Source: Cyanidioschyzon merolae (Eukaryota). Taken from it: DNA of 64,000 nucleotides. The notes beneath the pieces are model-generated. The model made no database searches. It was not told where the DNA came from and saw only the letters and a list, made by a program, of their open reading frames with translations. The stretch lies in NCBI GenBank assembly GCA_000091205.1, contig AP006492.2; one strand, written 5' to 3'. A program made the translations under genes and the position numbers. Positions 60,571 to 64,000 of the stretch are shown in pieces (position 1 is the stretch's first letter; each line of letters begins with the position of its first letter).

Positions 60571-62964
60571 TCACGCGGTCTCTCCATTGGCGTGCATGGT
60601 CTCTGGGGTGGAGCTCTGGTCAGAACTCGTCGTCAGCAGCAGTGGCTGTGGTGGTAACGGTGGCTTTCCATAGGGTGACGCGCGAAGATCCGCAACCTCA
60701 GCTCGGGCATTCCCAAGTGGACGACCAGCGTGCATCATGAGGAGACCCTCGATGCAGTCATGCTCATCCGGTAAAGAATGCGCCATAGAACTATAGTCTG
60801 CTTGTCCTGCAGCGACGGCGCATCGGCTCCCTGGTAGACGATCACTTCTCGTGCGTATCTCCGCCAGAGCGGTTTCAAAGCCGCTGACTGAGGCTGGAAA
60901 CGGACTTGAGGAACAAGGAATGCCCAGTTCACGAGCTCGCTTGTGTTTCGATCGTCTAGAGGCGCTCAGTTCATCTTCAGGTTTGACACACCAGCCCGGA
61001 TGCTCTTTCATCCAAATTTCAAGGTTTCGCCAACATGGAGCCGCGTTGCCGGAGATGGTTTTCCCAGTCGTAGGGTCCCAGACCGTGACCCGCACATCAC
61101 GGAACATACTACGCGGTGTTCCATTGCTCTCCGTCGGAGCGCTGCAGCTCAGCCCTGTCGCTGGTGACACTGAAGGCGAGTGCGCATGGAGCCCCAGGCT
61201 TGCAAAGCCAGCGAGCTGCTCGGCACCGTACGATGAATCGTGACTCGATGAAAGCGCACGGTTCAAGTGCTCGAGATGCGTTCTCCCCAAGCTTGTGGAA
61301 CTTGTCGGTGACGGGCTCTGTATAAGATTGGTCAGCGTACCGCGATGTGCAGCTGCTAGGAGCACCTGCGAAAACAAAATATGGGTGCGAAGAATCACGG
61401 AGCTCGGGTGTTTTGAGGGCAGCGCCTCAAAAATTTTTCTCCAAGCCGAATTTGTATCAGTCGAATGGGGATGAATTTCGCACGGCGTCTCGTTACGTAC
61501 AGGTGAAGGCACGAACTGTATATCATCCATGTCAAGCGGGACAAGCTGGCCACCGCCGCTGCCGCTGCCGCCGCCAACTCCACCACCACTTCCAGGGGCA
61601 ACTTCTCTTTGTGCGGCACACGTGCGTAGAGGCATCGCAACTGAGCACGGACCTCGCGAACGATGCTTTCGACAATTCAGAAAACTTTCTGTAATGTTCG
61701 CCTCGATCGAGCCGTGCTCCGCCAGCTCAGCAAGATCACAGCATTCGTCGTCTGAATCGACTCCATGCCCCAAATGGGCCAGCTCTTCACTGCAGCGCAC
61801 GATCAATTCCACCAGGCGAACGACTTCATCTGATGTCCAGTCTTTCAACACATAATTCATAACAGTCGTGGTGAACGAGTCTTGGAATGAGGCCTCAGAG
61901 GCGATGGGTACTGTTTCAGCAACCATCATCGCTTCCTCTGGAGTGCCTGTGCGTCTTCTCTCCCGAAGTGCTTCACGCACTTTCTGGTCTACCTCTTTGA
62001 GGATATCGCGAACGTGGTCGTTGGCAGTAGATAAGGATGAAAATGCCGCCATCGCCGCTCGCGAGCGCCGGGACGCTCGTCGGCGCTTGGAGCTCTTCTC
62101 CTCAAACGATTTTTCGACCCATCCGGGATTCTTCTCTAGCCAGGCATCCAGATTGCGACGATACGGTGCGGCATTTCCGGCTACCGTTCGGCCTGTGGCT
62201 GGATGCCATACCGTAACATGCTCGTCTTCAGGTGACTGCTCCAGCAGCGATTCCAACTGCCCGGAAGCTATCAGTTTTCCAGTCAATTGAATCGCTACTC
62301 GATTTCGATCATAATAATCAGTTAGGCAACCAGGCTCTATACTTTCCTGCTTCAAAGGCGAGGCGGTGTGTCCCAGTTTTTGCACCCCATGAATGGGTAT
62401 GGCGTTCGAGTGCCCAGGCGACAGTCCTCGGCCCAAGCTACGAGAAAAATAACGGCCATCGGCACTATTGGCCCATGCGGCCGGATTGCGATGTGGATAG
62501 GTATAAACTGCTCCTGCTACCGTCTGCGCTGGTGCTGCTGTCCATGTGCGTGCGCACGGTGCCCACTCCGGAGCGAACGCACCCGGCGGCCCTTGCTGGT
62601 TCGAATTTCGAGAACTCGGAATAAAGATACCAGATGGATGGAACTCAAATGCGACACCGTCGTTCGCATGCGAAGCCGTAACTAGTGGTCCAAAATTGCC
62701 TCCATTCAGCTGGCTGATGCCGTTTTGCACTGGTGGCGACCCCACATGGATATGCTCGTCAAAAGCATGTGCCGTCGAACGCCCGTGGACCTGATTTTGG
62801 ACAAGAGGCGTTGCCTGTGCGACCTTCCTGTTCGCGCTGAGGTACCCATTCAATTCAGTCTCTTCTACTGGACCGCCTATCTCGCCTGGTGTTGTTGCTT
62901 CTGCGATATGTGAAGCACCAGGATAAGCGGAGCTGGGTCTCCCTATGGTGCTACCGTTCAACAT
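60571..62964 (-). CDS. Hypothetical protein with two copies of a ~35-aa Trp-rich motif (VTVW.P.TG.T..GNAAP..RNL..W....PGW.[EV]K) and an acidic/Cys-rich region
   Basis: 'VTVWHPATGRTVAGNAAPYRRNLDAWLEKNPGWVEK' and 'VTVWDPTTGKTISGNAAPCWRNLEIWMKEHPGWCVK' within one 2.4-kb ORF, each followed by a basic 'KRRRASRRSR' / 'RRSKHKRAR' stretch. First ATG 62964 (ORF-track GTG 63039). Confidence 0.5.
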   Translation of the reverse strand: MLNGSTIGRPSSAYPGASHIAEATTPGEIGGPVEETELNGYLSANRKVAQATPLVQNQVHGRSTAHAFDEHIHVGSPPVQNGISQLNGGNFGPLVTASHANDGVAFEFHPSGIFIPSSRNSNQQGPPGAFAPEWAPCARTWTAAPAQTVAGAVYTYPHRNPAAWANSADGRYFSRSLGRGLSPGHSNAIPIHGVQKLGHTASPLKQESIEPGCLTDYYDRNRVAIQLTGKLIASGQLESLLEQSPEDEHVTVWHPATGRTVAGNAAPYRRNLDAWLEKNPGWVEKSFEEKSSKRRRASRRSRAAMAAFSSLSTANDHVRDILKEVDQKVREALRERRRTGTPEEAMMVAETVPIASEASFQDSFTTTVMNYVLKDWTSDEVVRLVELIVRCSEELAHLGHGVDSDDECCDLAELAEHGSIEANITESFLNCRKHRSRGPCSVAMPLRTCAAQREVAPGSGGGVGGGSGSGGGQLVPLDMDDIQFVPSPVRNETPCEIHPHSTDTNSAWRKIFEALPSKHPSSVILRTHILFSQVLLAAAHRGTLTNLIQSPSPTSSTSLGRTHLEHLNRALSSSHDSSYGAEQLAGFASLGLHAHSPSVSPATGLSCSAPTESNGTPRSMFRDVRVTVWDPTTGKTISGNAAPCWRNLEIWMKEHPGWCVKPEDELSASRRSKHKRARELGIPCSSSPFPASVSGFETALAEIRTRSDRLPGSRCAVAAGQADYSSMAHSLPDEHDCIEGLLMMHAGRPLGNARAEVADLRASPYGKPPLPPQPLLLTTSSDQSSTPETMHANGETA

Positions 62965-63259
62965 GGAACGGAAACTCACGAAAAAAGCTTCTATTGCACA
63001 GACACCTACTCGCACACAGCAGGGACAAGTACCCCACACCTAGGCCCTCTAAGTCACAGCGGGCGCCCTAGTTGCTCCAGGAACACGGCCCGAGTTTCGC
63101 GCGCTCGCCAGCGCTTGACGACACCGACGGTTGCCGGCGTAACGACGGTACGCCGCTCGACCTTTCACACGCGGCAAGACGGCGTCAGCCCGCACCACAA
63201 TCCAGACACACCGTGCTGAGCCGAACAAGTTGCCGATAGGCACAGCAACTTAGCCTTGA

Positions 63260-63931
63260 TCAAACTAAAGGCGCAATTTCCGACACCCCCTGTACCAACC
63301 AAAACTCCCTGATGGACGCACTGGCACACAAACCAATTCTAGACCTACTCCTTGCTGGGCAATGCTGCAGCATTACCGCGCCGCATGACGATGCACCCGC
63401 GGCGTGTTCGCGCGCTGGACACCCGTTGCGTCGCACCTGACGACGCCGGTGTCCCCGAGCCGCGCGCATCATGCCGTGCTCCCAAAACTGGAGGCTAGCA
63501 GACAGCGCATCGCGGGCGATTCCGAGAAGGACGCTCTCCAGAGATTCGACGGCAGCGCGGGATGCGCGGCAGCGCCCGGGAGCGCATCGGGTCGATGGCA
63601 GCGAGGCGCGCAAGATTCGGGGCTGCGGTACGCTGTGCACTGCGGTGTACGAAATGTCCAGGTAATGGAGCGCACCCGAATGAGGCCGCGAGGTACCGCA
63701 GCGCATCAAGAGGCCGGCGCGCTCGCGCTCGGCGTCGAGCGCAGCGTCTGTTGGTAGGTTTCGTGCTGTACGCTCAGGTGTGTCTGAGAAGCTATTTGCG
63801 CTTCGCGGAGCACTTGTGCAGGCCGAAGGCCTCTTCGAGGCAGCGCGGGCAGACTCTTGGTATATAAGAGGTGCGTGTTCTGTCGTCGTATCTTTACGCT
63901 GTGTGGACGCAGGACGCCGAAACTGGTTCAA
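63260..63931 (-). CDS. Hypothetical ORF (223 aa), no recognisable domain; may be spurious in GC-rich sequence
   Basis: Longest ORF in the terminal 0.9 kb only. Confidence 0.2.
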   Translation of the reverse strand: MNQFRRPASTQRKDTTTEHAPLIYQESARAASKRPSACTSAPRSANSFSDTPERTARNLPTDAALDAERERAGLLMRCGTSRPHSGALHYLDISYTAVHSVPQPRILRASLPSTRCAPGRCRASRAAVESLESVLLGIARDALSASLQFWEHGMMRAARGHRRRQVRRNGCPAREHAAGASSCGAVMLQHCPARSRSRIGLCASASIREFWLVQGVSEIAPLV

Positions 63932-64000
63932 TAGGGAAGGTTTTTTAGCTTCACCTTCTAGGCATGGAGGGGTTGACTGCGTTTGTAGCGTGTGCTGGGG

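Noticed and set aside
1-64000. CRISPR arrays / prokaryotic defence islands
   Set aside because: Gene content is unambiguously eukaryotic; no short direct-repeat/spacer arrays present. The only RNA-guided-nuclease-like content is the Fanzor family.

Overview
This window is a high-GC (~56-58%), gene-dense eukaryotic nuclear segment. Most recognisable genes read as single long uninterrupted ORFs, so introns appear rare. The gene set is eukaryotic: bZIP factor, Obg-like GTPase, ABCA half-transporter, SAS-6 centriolar protein, transcription-type cyclin, GapA-type plastid GAPDH with a transit peptide, J-domain/HEAT proteins, HisRS, SDP1-like patatin lipase, AFG1 ATPase, malic enzyme, FAN1 nuclease. 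GapA plus SAS-6 suggest a flagellated photosynthetic protist or alga, but this is a low-confidence inference. The most notable content is three diverged copies of a Fanzor/TnpB-like (OrfB, RuvC-type) nuclease element. Copy A (6.4-8.9 kb, minus) and copy B (41.8-44.2 kb, plus) are near full length but disrupted; copy C (51.9-52.7 kb, plus) is a remnant. All three carry a GxDPG RuvC-I motif, a C-terminal zinc-finger region and an RDxNAAxNI RuvC-III motif; a Gly lies at the inferred RuvC-II Glu position. A and B share non-coding nucleotide conservation at both the 5' and 3' ends. Each copy has a ~0.4 kb 'H' module directly upstream in divergent orientation. The same H module, fused to an A-rich tail, makes up three solo SINE-like repeats elsewhere. 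In addition, two ~97%-identical inverted ~0.7 kb repeats bracket a 13.4 kb five-gene block. The window also has several microsatellites and a CATGCATG-rich tandem repeat. The ORF track accepts GTG/TTG starts, so many ORFs are over-extended at the 5' end; I give the first plausible ATG where I could verify it in the sequence.
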